Shown here: piece by piece, positions 10,948 through 20,005 of the stretch
Position numbering within the stretch: position 1 is the first letter of the stretch
Layout of the letters: each line of letters opens with the position of its first letter
Assembly: GCA_903873905.1 (NCBI GenBank)
Contig: CAIQQJ010000145.1
Coordinates: 10,439 to 74,438, forward strand
DNA length: 64,000 nt
Reading direction: 5' to 3'
From: an uncultured Flavobacteriales bacterium
Lineage (GTDB): Bacteria; Bacteroidota; Bacteroidia; Palsa-965
The notes under the pieces: model-generated
Database searches by the model: none
Told to the model about the DNA's origin: nothing
What the model saw: only the letters and a program-made list of their open reading frames with translations
Position numbers and translations under genes: made by a program

Positions 10948-10955
10948 CAAATATA
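10948..10955 (-). promoter_or_regulatory. Bacteroidota sigma70 -7 box (TATATTTG) for the small protein/caspase operon
   Basis: Matches TAnnTTTG about 40 bp upstream of the ATG at 10908. Confidence 0.65.
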
Positions 10956-11230
10956 TTTAAAATTGTGAAGTACAAAATAAAACAAGTGATGTAAAGTCTT
11001 TTTTTACGTTTTTAATGAAAAAATTACGCTCTGAGGAAACTGCAAACAAAACTCTACCACTCTATATTTCAAATCTTTACGTTACAATTAATTTTTCAAG
11101 TGGTACTTGTTATGCTATGTTATTTTAAATGTACCAACACTCAAAACAATAAATTCTCCATTATTCGGATCTGACGAAAAGTAATGAGATAGATTTCTAT
11201 ATTTATGGCCAAACCCCAAAAAACAATTTC

Positions 11231-12136
11231 TTGCAAAAGCCCCACATCAGATTTTTTCTACATTCTATTCTTTCAAAGAGAAATTATTTTTTTCTATTTT
11301 TTTTTCTGTATAATTTCTCTTTAGAACTTTCTGCCCAACATAAAATTGATTTTCAGGTAAAATCTTGGACAGAGATTTTGAATCTTGCCAGAAAAGAGAA
11401 CAAGCCCATTTTTGTAGATGCGTTTACGAACTGGTGTGGTCCTTGTAAAAAAATGGCAGAAGATGTTTTTTCTGATTCAAGCGTGGTGCCATTTTTCAAT
11501 AAATCATTTGTCAATTACAGTGTCAATATTGAAACTCAGGAAGGAAAATTATTTGACTCCATCTTCAAAGTTTCGGCCTACCCCTCACTCTTATTTTTTG
11601 AAGCTAACGGAGAATTGATTTTCAGAGAAATTGGTTATAGGAATGTGTCAAAGTTTCTCGCACTTGGAGTGAGCGCAAAAAACAATCGAGCTTTCATGGA
11701 CTTTACAAAAAAAATGAGAACTGCCTACGAAAATGGATCTGCCAACAAACATTTACTCTATAAATACTTCCTGATTTTACGTGATAGTGGAAGGTCTGTT
11801 GATTCCGTTGCCGCTAGCATCATAAGCAAACTTGTACCTGAAGATCTTAAAAATGACACGGCATTCAACATCTGGTCTGATTATGATCAAAGGATGGATT
11901 CTCCTTTACTCGATTATTTCCTAGAACAAAAACAATGGTTCATTACGAATCGTTCACAAAATGACTTCGATCACAAATTGAATATGATTGTTGCAGAAAA
12001 CTTGTCCTCTTCGAAAAGCTCAAATGATTTAGCTCGCTATGAGAATTTGAAAACTTTCATTCGCCGCGTTTATGATGGCGATGAGGAACAACTTGTTCTG
12101 AATGGTGTGGATCGAAAGTTTAATAGCGAAAAATAA
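11231..12136 (+). CDS. Exported thioredoxin-family protein
   Basis: FVDAFTNWCGPCKKM motif; AYPSLLF cis-Pro motif; hydrophobic N-terminus ending LSA/Q. Start uncertain. Confidence 0.85.
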   Translation: MQKPHIRFFLHSILSKRNYFFLFFFLYNFSLELSAQHKIDFQVKSWTEILNLARKENKPIFVDAFTNWCGPCKKMAEDVFSDSSVVPFFNKSFVNYSVNIETQEGKLFDSIFKVSAYPSLLFFEANGELIFREIGYRNVSKFLALGVSAKNNRAFMDFTKKMRTAYENGSANKHLLYKYFLILRDSGRSVDSVAASIISKLVPEDLKNDTAFNIWSDYDQRMDSPLLDYFLEQKQWFITNRSQNDFDHKLNMIVAENLSSSKSSNDLARYENLKTFIRRVYDGDEEQLVLNGVDRKFNSEK

Positions 12137-12166
12137 TCCCTTCGTTTTACAAATTTCTATTTCACT

Positions 12167-13384
12167 ATGAAACCCCTTCTGTACCGAGACGCTTTTTTCG
12201 CCACCATTTTCGTAATAGCGCTCTATTTGCTTTTGAAACTTGTAATTCTGAATATCCATTTCCTAGAACCTGGACATGAAGAGAAAAAAGATTTTGAAAT
12301 GACTGATCTGGTTTATTCCAAATTCAGTAGTGAAAACAAAAATGGAGTTTCAGTTACAGATCGAGATACCAATATTGTAATGGTAAATATTGGAAATCTA
12401 ACCAGAAAAGAAATTGCAGAGTTATTGGATTCCATTAATTCACATAACCCAAAAGTCATTGCATTAGATGTATTATTCAGTGCAAATAAGCAGGATGATG
12501 ATACATCACTTGCAACAGTTCTTAAAAAAATATCGAACAAATTGGTAATGGTGGGAATGTTGGCATACGATGAACAGGAAAATGCATCAGGAATCGAATC
12601 TTCTCAATCACAATTTAATGTTGGGGCAAAAATTGGGTATACCAATTTCGTTACCAATTCAATGCTCAGTGTTGTCCGATATTTTGCACCATTTACAAAA
12701 GTTGGAAATGAAGAAGTGCCTGCATTTCCCGTTGCCATTGCAGAAAAATATAATCCAGCACTAATTGAAAAGCTGAAACGTCGTGGAAATGAAAAGGAAA
12801 TTATTAATTATCAGTACACGCAGAAAAACATTTATGCTTACGATCACAAGGACATCACGGATCAAAATAGCGGAGCGCTTTCAAATCTGATGGGGAAAAT
12901 TGTCTTGGTTGGCTATTTGGGTTCAGATCTGGATCATGTGGTTACCGAGGATTATCACTACACACCAATGAACGAGGGCAAAAATAAAAAAACTGATCCC
13001 GACATGAGTGGACTAGCCATTCATGCAAATATCATCAGTATGATTCTTCATGGAAAATACATTAGCCATGTTCCAAAATGGTTGATGTGGACGATTTCAA
13101 TTATCCTTTGTTTTTTACACATGATTTTTTTTATTCAATATTTTGTAAAAAAACATTTGTGGTTTCATTTGTATTTCAAAACCATTCAATTCGTCAGTTC
13201 TGCAATCATTATCGGTATTGCAGTTGGACTTTATGGCAAATGGGATTTGCGAATGGAAACCGAAATTTTGCTCGCCCCTATTCTACTATCGGTAGATGCG
13301 CTCTATTTCTTTGAACCACTTATGTTATGGCTTAATAAAAAGCGTGGAATAAAAACTTACTTAATCATGTTACATGACCACTAA
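12167..13384 (+). CDS. CHASE2-domain membrane protein with no cytoplasmic output domain
   Basis: N-terminal TM; IVMVNI...R.EIA.L...PKVIALDVLF; GKIVLVG...D.HYTP...MSGLAIHANII; three C-terminal TMs, then stop. Confidence 0.88.
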   Translation: MKPLLYRDAFFATIFVIALYLLLKLVILNIHFLEPGHEEKKDFEMTDLVYSKFSSENKNGVSVTDRDTNIVMVNIGNLTRKEIAELLDSINSHNPKVIALDVLFSANKQDDDTSLATVLKKISNKLVMVGMLAYDEQENASGIESSQSQFNVGAKIGYTNFVTNSMLSVVRYFAPFTKVGNEEVPAFPVAIAEKYNPALIEKLKRRGNEKEIINYQYTQKNIYAYDHKDITDQNSGALSNLMGKIVLVGYLGSDLDHVVTEDYHYTPMNEGKNKKTDPDMSGLAIHANIISMILHGKYISHVPKWLMWTISIILCFLHMIFFIQYFVKKHLWFHLYFKTIQFVSSAIIIGIAVGLYGKWDLRMETEILLAPILLSVDALYFFEPLMLWLNKKRGIKTYLIMLHDH

Positions 13385-14309
13385 AAAATATTTTCTTTCC
13401 GCGGTCTTTAGTTTTGTTTTGTTTGTTTCTGCAATTAATGCATTTGGACAAACGACAAGCATGCGTGTATTTTATTTCCGTGGGACTGTACAATACAAGA
13501 ATCCTGGATCAAACTACAATGCAATTAATCAAGTCAATATTATTCTCAAAGAAAATCAAACCGTTAAAGTTGGTACGAATTCTCAATTAGTTTTGATTCA
13601 TCCAAACGGGAAACAAATTACGCTTAGTAAACCAGTTGAAATTTTGGTAAGTGAATTAATCATAATGGGAAATGTATCCAATGGCCAATCACTGATTGAT
13701 TCTTACATTAATTTTCTCTGGAAGGAAACAACTGCAGGTCATCAGGAAATGGACCCGGGCAAAAAAGAATCAACTACACAAAAGGGAATGGTGGTGAGAG
13801 GGAATTGTGACGGTGTCCATTTGGATTTTCCTTATGACGGAAGTGAAGTGACCGATAGTATTCTCACTTTTAATTGGACACCGTACGTTGGAACTGCTTT
13901 TTCCTTCCGTGTTTACGATGCACAAGGCGGTCCTGATTGGCCAGCAATGTACTCACAGAAAGTTTCCACCCAATCCTTGACCATAAATTTGGATACTGGA
14001 ATTTTTGCAAAATATGATTCCTTGTATTGGGATGTCTATCAGGAAGGAATGTCGGAAAGTGAATGTCCGCATTATTTATATGTAAAAAGAGACGTTGCCT
14101 TTAATGACAACTTGAAAAAGGATTTTGCAAATTTGGATTTAAGTGCATACGATGCCCCAATGAAGGAATTGTTGTTGGGCGCATTTTACGAGAAGCATCG
14201 CATGTATTCCGAAGCGCGTGAGCATTATCAAGCCGCGGTCAAACTTGCTCCCGACAATGTCAACTTTTCAGAAACGCTGAAGAAGTTTGAGGAGCGTGTT
14301 GGGAAATAA
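13374..14309 (+). CDS. Secreted protein: FecR-like N-terminal beta domain, VVRG linker, DUF928/Ig-like region, C-terminal TPR
   Basis: Signal peptide; RGTVQY...QTVKVGTNSQLVL; GMVVRGNC...FP...TFNW; C-terminal EAREHYQAAVKLAPDN. Overlaps the CHASE2 stop codon. Confidence 0.7.
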   Translation: MTTKKYFLSAVFSFVLFVSAINAFGQTTSMRVFYFRGTVQYKNPGSNYNAINQVNIILKENQTVKVGTNSQLVLIHPNGKQITLSKPVEILVSELIIMGNVSNGQSLIDSYINFLWKETTAGHQEMDPGKKESTTQKGMVVRGNCDGVHLDFPYDGSEVTDSILTFNWTPYVGTAFSFRVYDAQGGPDWPAMYSQKVSTQSLTINLDTGIFAKYDSLYWDVYQEGMSESECPHYLYVKRDVAFNDNLKKDFANLDLSAYDAPMKELLLGAFYEKHRMYSEAREHYQAAVKLAPDNVNFSETLKKFEERVGK

Positions 14310-14695
14310 GAATTGATCGAAACTATCTAGGTCGGCATGAAGTGGAATGGGAATTTGTGATGTTGAAGAAAACGAAATGACAATATTTAATAAATGATAT
14401 GTAATCAATTATTTCTGTTTTACTTTTTCCCATTTCCACCCTTGTGCAATGCGAGCATTGAGACCTTGCTTTGAAACAAACAACTTTCGCAATTCCACAC
14501 GAATTGTGCACTTGCGAGTATGGACGTCCCTCATCCAATGTGGATGAATTTGAAAATAAATCCTGCGAATTAGAAAAAGCCAAGAGGCCTCAAGCATAAT
14601 CTCTAATTCCAGAGTCATTTCACCGCAAGACAAGAAATACCTGTTATAATAGAGTTTTAGAGATAATTCCATTTCCAATTCATCACCAAAATGGG

Positions 14696-14703
14696 TATTT
14701 TTG
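14696..14703 (+). promoter_or_regulatory. -7 box (TATTTTTG) upstream of moaA
   Basis: TAnnTTTG 10 bp before the ATG at 14713. Confidence 0.5.
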
Positions 14704-14712
14704 TACCTCCCA

Positions 14713-15696
14713 ATGCTTAAAGACAAATTCAATCGCGTTCATGATTATCTGAGGATTTCGGTCACGGATAAATGCAATTTGCGCTGCACGTATTGTTCTC
14801 CCGACGATTTGCCCAAAGGAGCTTTTGCTAATGCGCCTCGTATGACTGCGGATGAAATTGAACGCATAGCTTCCGTATTTGTAAAATCAGGTGTGAAAAA
14901 AATCCGAATTACAGGTGGTGAACCATTGGTAAGAAGAGATTTGAAAGAAATCATTCAACGGCTATCGAAATTTCCAGTGGAACTTGCTATTACAACAAAT
15001 GGCGTTTTTGTCAATGAGTTTGTGGAAACATTCAAAGAAGCAGGATTGAGATCTGTCAATGTCAGTTTGGATTCATTGCAAAAAGAAAAATATTTTTCCA
15101 TTACAAAACGTGATCAATTCAATCGCGTAATGGAAAATATCAATTTGTTGCTGACAAATAATTTTCATGTGAAAGTGAATGTTGTTGTGATGAAAGACGT
15201 CAATGACAATGAGATTCTGAACTTCATTGAATGGACAAAAGACTTTCCTATACATGTTCGTTTCATTGAATACATGCCATTTTCAGGAAACGAATGGAGC
15301 TCCGAAAAGGTTTTTTCACATGAAGAAATATTGAATGTCATTGCTGCAAAATATGAATTCGTCAAATTGCAAAATGAGACAAATGACACAGCAAAAAAAT
15401 TCTTTGTTCCCCAACACCAAGGAACTTTTGCGATTATCAGCACCATGAGTGAACCCTTTTGCAGTGGATGCAACCGCATGCGCCTTACATCCGATGGCAA
15501 AATGTATAACTGTCTTTTTGCAGAAAAAGAGACTGATCTACTCAGCAATCTGAGATTGGGAAATGACATTGAACCCTTGATCCAAAAATGTGTATTGGAA
15601 AAATCCGAAATGCTTGGTGGCAATAATGAAAATAAAAACTGGGGAAAAGAAAACACGGAAACTCGTGAGAGAAGTATGATAAATCTTGGTGGCTAA
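14713..15696 (+). CDS. moaA: GTP 3',8-cyclase MoaA
   Basis: YLRISVTDKCNLRCTYC radical-SAM motif; FCSGCNRMRLT..G...CL; C-terminal GG. ATG at 14713 preferred over TTG at 14701. Confidence 0.97.
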   Translation: MLKDKFNRVHDYLRISVTDKCNLRCTYCSPDDLPKGAFANAPRMTADEIERIASVFVKSGVKKIRITGGEPLVRRDLKEIIQRLSKFPVELAITTNGVFVNEFVETFKEAGLRSVNVSLDSLQKEKYFSITKRDQFNRVMENINLLLTNNFHVKVNVVVMKDVNDNEILNFIEWTKDFPIHVRFIEYMPFSGNEWSSEKVFSHEEILNVIAAKYEFVKLQNETNDTAKKFFVPQHQGTFAIISTMSEPFCSGCNRMRLTSDGKMYNCLFAEKETDLLSNLRLGNDIEPLIQKCVLEKSEMLGGNNENKNWGKENTETRERSMINLGG

Positions 15697-15710
15697 TTTT
15701 TTTTACCCAC

Positions 15711-15734
15711 CGTTATTACTAGAAAGACATAGCG
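15711..15734. promoter_or_regulatory. Putative ModE-type operator (CGTTATTAC-N6-GACATAGCG)
   Basis: 24-bp imperfect palindrome with the geometry of the ModE box CGnTATATA-N6-TATATAnCG, located just before moeA; a ModE-like gene is in the operon. Confidence 0.5.
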
Positions 15735-15744
15735 AATTATTTTT

Positions 15745-16935
15745 ATGATAACAGTAACTGAAGCAAAACGATTAACTACTGAAAATGCAAAAGCACTTGA
15801 GCCTTGCATCACTTCTTTATTGGATGCAAGCGGCTTCATTCTAGCAGAGGACATTTTCTCAACAATCGATGTACCTTCTTTTAACCAATCTGCAATGGAT
15901 GGATATGGATTTAGATTCGATGACTTAAAAGAAAATCAAGCACTTGAAATTACCGGTGAAATCCCTGCTGGTGTTTTTCCTACTGAGAAACTTTTGCCGA
16001 ATACAGCTGTCAGAATTTTCACAGGTGCAATGGTGCCAGACGGATGTGACACGATTGTGATGCAAGAAAAGGTTTCCGTTCAGCAAAACCAACTTTTGAT
16101 TCATGATGCGCAAATAAAAAAAGGAATGAACATCCGACTTCAAGGATCTCAAACCTTAAAAGGAAATCTTGCTTTAAAGGCAGGTAGTAAAATCACGCCA
16201 GGTGCCGCAGGTTTTTTAGCAGGAATTGGCTGTGATAAAATAAAAGTTTTTCGAAGGCCTTCAGTTTGTATTATTACCACGGGCAAAGAATTAAATAAGC
16301 CAGGACAAACTTTAGAACCTGGAAAAGTATTTGAATGCAATTCCTATAGCATAAATGCGGCATTAAGCGAATTGAATATCAAACCAAAAAACATTCTAAG
16401 TGTTGATGATGATGAAATTGAAATAAGTCAAGCAATTGAAAACAATTTGTCCGCATGCGATGTAATGATTCTTTCAGGAGGTGTTTCGGTGGGTGACTAT
16501 GATTTCGTCCATACAGCACTTGAAAAGTGCGGCGTTCAAAAGGTTTTCCATAAAGTGAAACAAAAACCAGGCAAGCCAATTTACTTCGGAAAATATAAAA
16601 ACACGTTGATATTCGGCTTACCAGGAAATCCATCTGCATTGTTGACTTGCTATTATGAATACATTGCTCCTGTGCTGAAAACAATGATGGGATTTCAAAT
16701 AAAAGACGAAACAAAACTTCAATTTCCTTTAGCAGCAGATTTCAGCAAAAAAGAAGGATTGACCTTTTTTCTTAAAGGAAAACTTTCTGAACATGAAGTT
16801 GCACCATTGCAAGGACAAGAATCCTATCAAATGAATTCTTTCGCTTTTGCCGATTGCATCATTCAACTGGAAGAAAATAAAACCGAGTTTCGAAAAGGTG
16901 ATTTAGTGGAAGTCCATTTGTTAAATCAACATTGA
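15745..16935 (+). CDS. moeA: Molybdopterin molybdotransferase MoeA
   Basis: SAMDGYG, RIFTGA, SGGVSVGDYD, KPGKP and GLPGNP motifs. Confidence 0.96.
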   Translation: MITVTEAKRLTTENAKALEPCITSLLDASGFILAEDIFSTIDVPSFNQSAMDGYGFRFDDLKENQALEITGEIPAGVFPTEKLLPNTAVRIFTGAMVPDGCDTIVMQEKVSVQQNQLLIHDAQIKKGMNIRLQGSQTLKGNLALKAGSKITPGAAGFLAGIGCDKIKVFRRPSVCIITTGKELNKPGQTLEPGKVFECNSYSINAALSELNIKPKNILSVDDDEIEISQAIENNLSACDVMILSGGVSVGDYDFVHTALEKCGVQKVFHKVKQKPGKPIYFGKYKNTLIFGLPGNPSALLTCYYEYIAPVLKTMMGFQIKDETKLQFPLAADFSKKEGLTFFLKGKLSEHEVAPLQGQESYQMNSFAFADCIIQLEENKTEFRKGDLVEVHLLNQH

Positions 16936-16936
16936 T

Positions 16937-17284
16937 ATGAGCTTGTTTCAGATAAAAGGAAATTTGTGGATGCAAGTTGCTGGAGTACATATTGGAAAAG
17001 GCCGCGCTCAATTATTGGAAAAAATCAAAGAACACGGCTCCATTTCAAAAGCTGCCCAAGCATTAAAAATATCATATCGACAAGCCTGGGCAATGATTAA
17101 TGAAATGAATCGCGCATCGAAAAAAAAGATTGTCATCAAAACAATTGGAGGCAGCAAAGGTGGCGGAACCATTTTGACAAATGAAGGAGAAATTCTTTTA
17201 AAACATTTCCATCAGTTAGAAGATGAGTTTCAAAAATTCAAATTAAAAATTGCGAATAAGCTCAATAAGAAAAGCATAAAATGA
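16937..17284 (+). CDS. modE: ModE-family winged-helix regulator (N-terminal domain only)
   Basis: GKGRAQLL..I...GSISKAA..L.ISYRQAW...GGSKGGGT.LT; no Mop/TOBE domains. Confidence 0.88.
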   Translation: MSLFQIKGNLWMQVAGVHIGKGRAQLLEKIKEHGSISKAAQALKISYRQAWAMINEMNRASKKKIVIKTIGGSKGGGTILTNEGEILLKHFHQLEDEFQKFKLKIANKLNKKSIK

Positions 17285-18015
17285 CCACATCGCTTATCCT
17301 CTTTTACATTATGTTGCTAATTAGTGCATTCTTATATGCCTCGGTGGGGCACGGCGGCGCAAGTGGTTACTTGGCATTGATGGCCTTCTTTTCATTCGCA
17401 CCCGCAACCATGCGACCAACAGCATTGTTATTGAATGTCTTCGTTTCTCTCATTGCATTTATACAATATTACAGAAGCGGCTATTTTAAATGGAATTTAT
17501 TTTGGCCATTCGCAATTGCATCTTTTCCTGCTGCATTTATTGGCGGATTGATTTCAGTCGATGCCAATTTGTACAAGAAATTTTTAGCTGTTTTGTTACT
17601 TTTTTCAGTTGTGAAACTACTTGGCGTCAAATTTAAAGTCAAAGAATTTGAAGTAAGGCAAAATACAGCACTTGCACTATTAATTGGAGCTGCAATTGGA
17701 TTGTTTTCAGGAATGATAGGAATTGGAGGTGGAATAATTTTAAGTCCTGTCATACTGCTCATGCGTTGGGCTGACATGAAACAAACAGCTGCCGTTTCCG
17801 CATTATTCATTTTCGTGAATTCACTTGCTGGACTTGCTGGACTTTTTTCAAAAGGATTCGAATTTAAAAATGAAATGGGAATAATGATTGGAATTGCGCT
17901 GGTTGGAGGATTGATTGGCTCTTATTTAGGCGCAAAGAAATTTGAGAGCCCTTTACTCAAGAAAATATTGGCCGTTGTATTAATTATGGCCGCTGTTAAA
18001 CTATTTACGACGTGA
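17281..18015 (+). CDS. TauE/SafE-family sulfite/sulfur-compound exporter
   Basis: VGHGGASGY and GMIGIGGGIILSP motifs; about 8 TM helices. Confidence 0.9.
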   Translation: MTTSLILFYIMLLISAFLYASVGHGGASGYLALMAFFSFAPATMRPTALLLNVFVSLIAFIQYYRSGYFKWNLFWPFAIASFPAAFIGGLISVDANLYKKFLAVLLLFSVVKLLGVKFKVKEFEVRQNTALALLIGAAIGLFSGMIGIGGGIILSPVILLMRWADMKQTAAVSALFIFVNSLAGLAGLFSKGFEFKNEMGIMIGIALVGGLIGSYLGAKKFESPLLKKILAVVLIMAAVKLFTT

Positions 18016-18620
18016 TTTCTAATTCGAAAAATATAAATACGATTACAGGATTTATCCTTGCAGGAGGGAAAAGTTCACGCATGGGCACGGACAAAGGACT
18101 GATTATTTTTAATGAGGAAACAATCATTCAACAGGTGATCGCGCAACTAAAACCAGTAGTAAATAATTTAGTTATCGTTTCTAATAACACCACTTATGAA
18201 AAATTCGGCTTGGAAGTTATTGGTGATATCATAAAAGATATTGGCCCAGCAGGAGGAATTCAATCTGCATTAAACCATTCCGAAACCAATTATAATTTTA
18301 TTGTGAGTTGCGATATGCCTTTCATAAAAACAAATGCGATTGAATTCATCATTCAGCAATCTTTTCAATCACAGATAACAATACCAATATTCCATCAAAA
18401 AGCAGAACCATTGTTTGGTGTTTACACAAAAGAATGTTTGCCAAAATGGACCGAACTAATTCAATTAGGAATCATAAAACTGACGGATATTGCAAGTAAT
18501 TTTCAATTGAACAAATTAAATGTCGATGACAATCCGCTATTTTCAGATGTTTTTTTCACCAACATAAATACGCAAAACGATTTTAATGACGCGCTAAAAA
18601 TATCGAAAAATGGAAATTAG
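18012..18620 (+). CDS. mobA: Molybdenum cofactor guanylyltransferase
   Basis: ILAGGKSSRMGTDKG, GPAGGI, SCDMP, EPL and NINT motifs. Confidence 0.94.
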   Translation: MISNSKNINTITGFILAGGKSSRMGTDKGLIIFNEETIIQQVIAQLKPVVNNLVIVSNNTTYEKFGLEVIGDIIKDIGPAGGIQSALNHSETNYNFIVSCDMPFIKTNAIEFIIQQSFQSQITIPIFHQKAEPLFGVYTKECLPKWTELIQLGIIKLTDIASNFQLNKLNVDDNPLFSDVFFTNINTQNDFNDALKISKNGN

Positions 18621-18843
18621 AATAATTGTCTTCGGTCAACTTACGGATATCATTGGGAAAACAGAACTTGCATTTTCAGATGTGAATAATACGGATGAGT
18701 TAAAACAAAAACTTTCTAATATGTTTCCTGAATTATCAAAAATTAAATATGCCATTGCAGTAAATAAAATAGTAGCACAAAACAATACAGCACTGATTGA
18801 AAAAGATTTGGTAGCCCTATTGCCACCATTTTCCGGAGGATAA
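18610..18843 (+). CDS. moaD: Molybdopterin synthase sulfur carrier subunit
   Basis: 77 aa ubiquitin-like protein ending LPPFSGG. Confidence 0.95.
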   Translation: MEIRIIVFGQLTDIIGKTELAFSDVNNTDELKQKLSNMFPELSKIKYAIAVNKIVAQNNTALIEKDLVALLPPFSGG

Positions 18844-18874
18844 AATTAAGAAGACAAAATATTGAGAAACAAAA

Positions 18875-19999
18875 ATGAATTCAACCAATAAATACAAACG
18901 CTACCAAAGGCAAATTCTGCTCCATGAATTTGGCGAAGCTGCGCAAGAGAAACTTCAGAATGCAAAAGTGCTTGTGATTGGCGCAGGAGGTCTGGGTTGT
19001 CCTGCACTTCAATACCTTGCAGCCGCCGGTGTTGGCACTATTGGAATTGTTGATTTTGATGTGGTGGATATTTCAAATCTTCAAAGACAAATTCTTTATA
19101 CGGTTGAGGATATCGGAAAATCAAAAGCGGAAACAGCTGTATCTAAATTAGCCGCATTGAATCCAGAAATACAAATACGAAGTTTCAATTTTCAAATTAC
19201 AAACGAGAATGCGCTCCAAATAATTTCAGATTTTGATTTGGTGATTGATGGTTCTGATAATTTCCCAACTCGCTATCTTGTAAACGACGCTTGCGTCATT
19301 CTTGATAAACCATTGGTATATGGTGCAGTTTTACGCTTTGAAGGACAAGTCGGCGTATTTAACCTTGCGGATAAACACTCAAACATCAAAACAAATTATC
19401 GTGATCTATTTCCTGAGTCTCCCGATTCAACTTCGAAACTAAGTTGTAATGAAGTGGGCGTTCTTGGCGTATTGCCAGGAATAATCGGAACCATGCAAGC
19501 AACAGAAGCGATAAAAATCATCGCAGGCGTAGGGCAAGTTCTTGCTAATAAAATAATTTCCTACAATGCGCTGAGTAACTCGTTTTATGATTTTGAAATA
19601 ACACCAGCAAAGAATGAAACAATTACATTTCCGAAAAACGAGAACGAATTTCTAAACTTCAATTACGAATGGTTCTGCAAATCCCAATCAATCAAGGGTG
19701 AGATTTCTATTTCTGAATTTGATGCGCTGAGAAGAATTGAAAAAATCACAATCATTGATGTACGTGAAATGGCCGAATTGCCATTGGTAGATGAGTTTTT
19801 ATATATACATATTCCCTTAGTAAACTTTGAAAAGTTCATTTCAACTATTCCACAAGAAAATAAAATTGTTATTTTTTGCAGATCGGGTAAACGCAGTTTG
19901 AAAGCACTTGAAATTTTGAATAAGAAACTTCCAAATTGTATTGCCTTTAGTTTAGCAGGTGGAATTGAATCCTGGAAAATAAATAATTCTAATTCCTGA
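18875..19999 (+). CDS. moeB: Molybdopterin-synthase adenylyltransferase with C-terminal rhodanese domain (MoeB/MoeZ)
   Basis: RYQRQI, GAGGLG, SNLQRQ, DGSDNF; rhodanese DVRE...CRSGKRS...LAGG. Confidence 0.94.
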   Translation: MNSTNKYKRYQRQILLHEFGEAAQEKLQNAKVLVIGAGGLGCPALQYLAAAGVGTIGIVDFDVVDISNLQRQILYTVEDIGKSKAETAVSKLAALNPEIQIRSFNFQITNENALQIISDFDLVIDGSDNFPTRYLVNDACVILDKPLVYGAVLRFEGQVGVFNLADKHSNIKTNYRDLFPESPDSTSKLSCNEVGVLGVLPGIIGTMQATEAIKIIAGVGQVLANKIISYNALSNSFYDFEITPAKNETITFPKNENEFLNFNYEWFCKSQSIKGEISISEFDALRRIEKITIIDVREMAELPLVDEFLYIHIPLVNFEKFISTIPQENKIVIFCRSGKRSLKALEILNKKLPNCIAFSLAGGIESWKINNSNS

Positions 20000-20005
20000 T
20001 TTATC

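Noticed and set aside
11004-11081. TTACG direct repeats as a regulator-binding site in the divergent caspase/thioredoxin promoter
   Set aside because: Only 5-bp matches with irregular spacing in AT-rich DNA, not distinguishable from chance.
14310-14712. Moco riboswitch or small ORFs upstream of moaA
   Set aside because: No recognisable Moco RNA motif by eye, and the short ORFs resemble no family. An Infernal/Rfam scan would be decisive.
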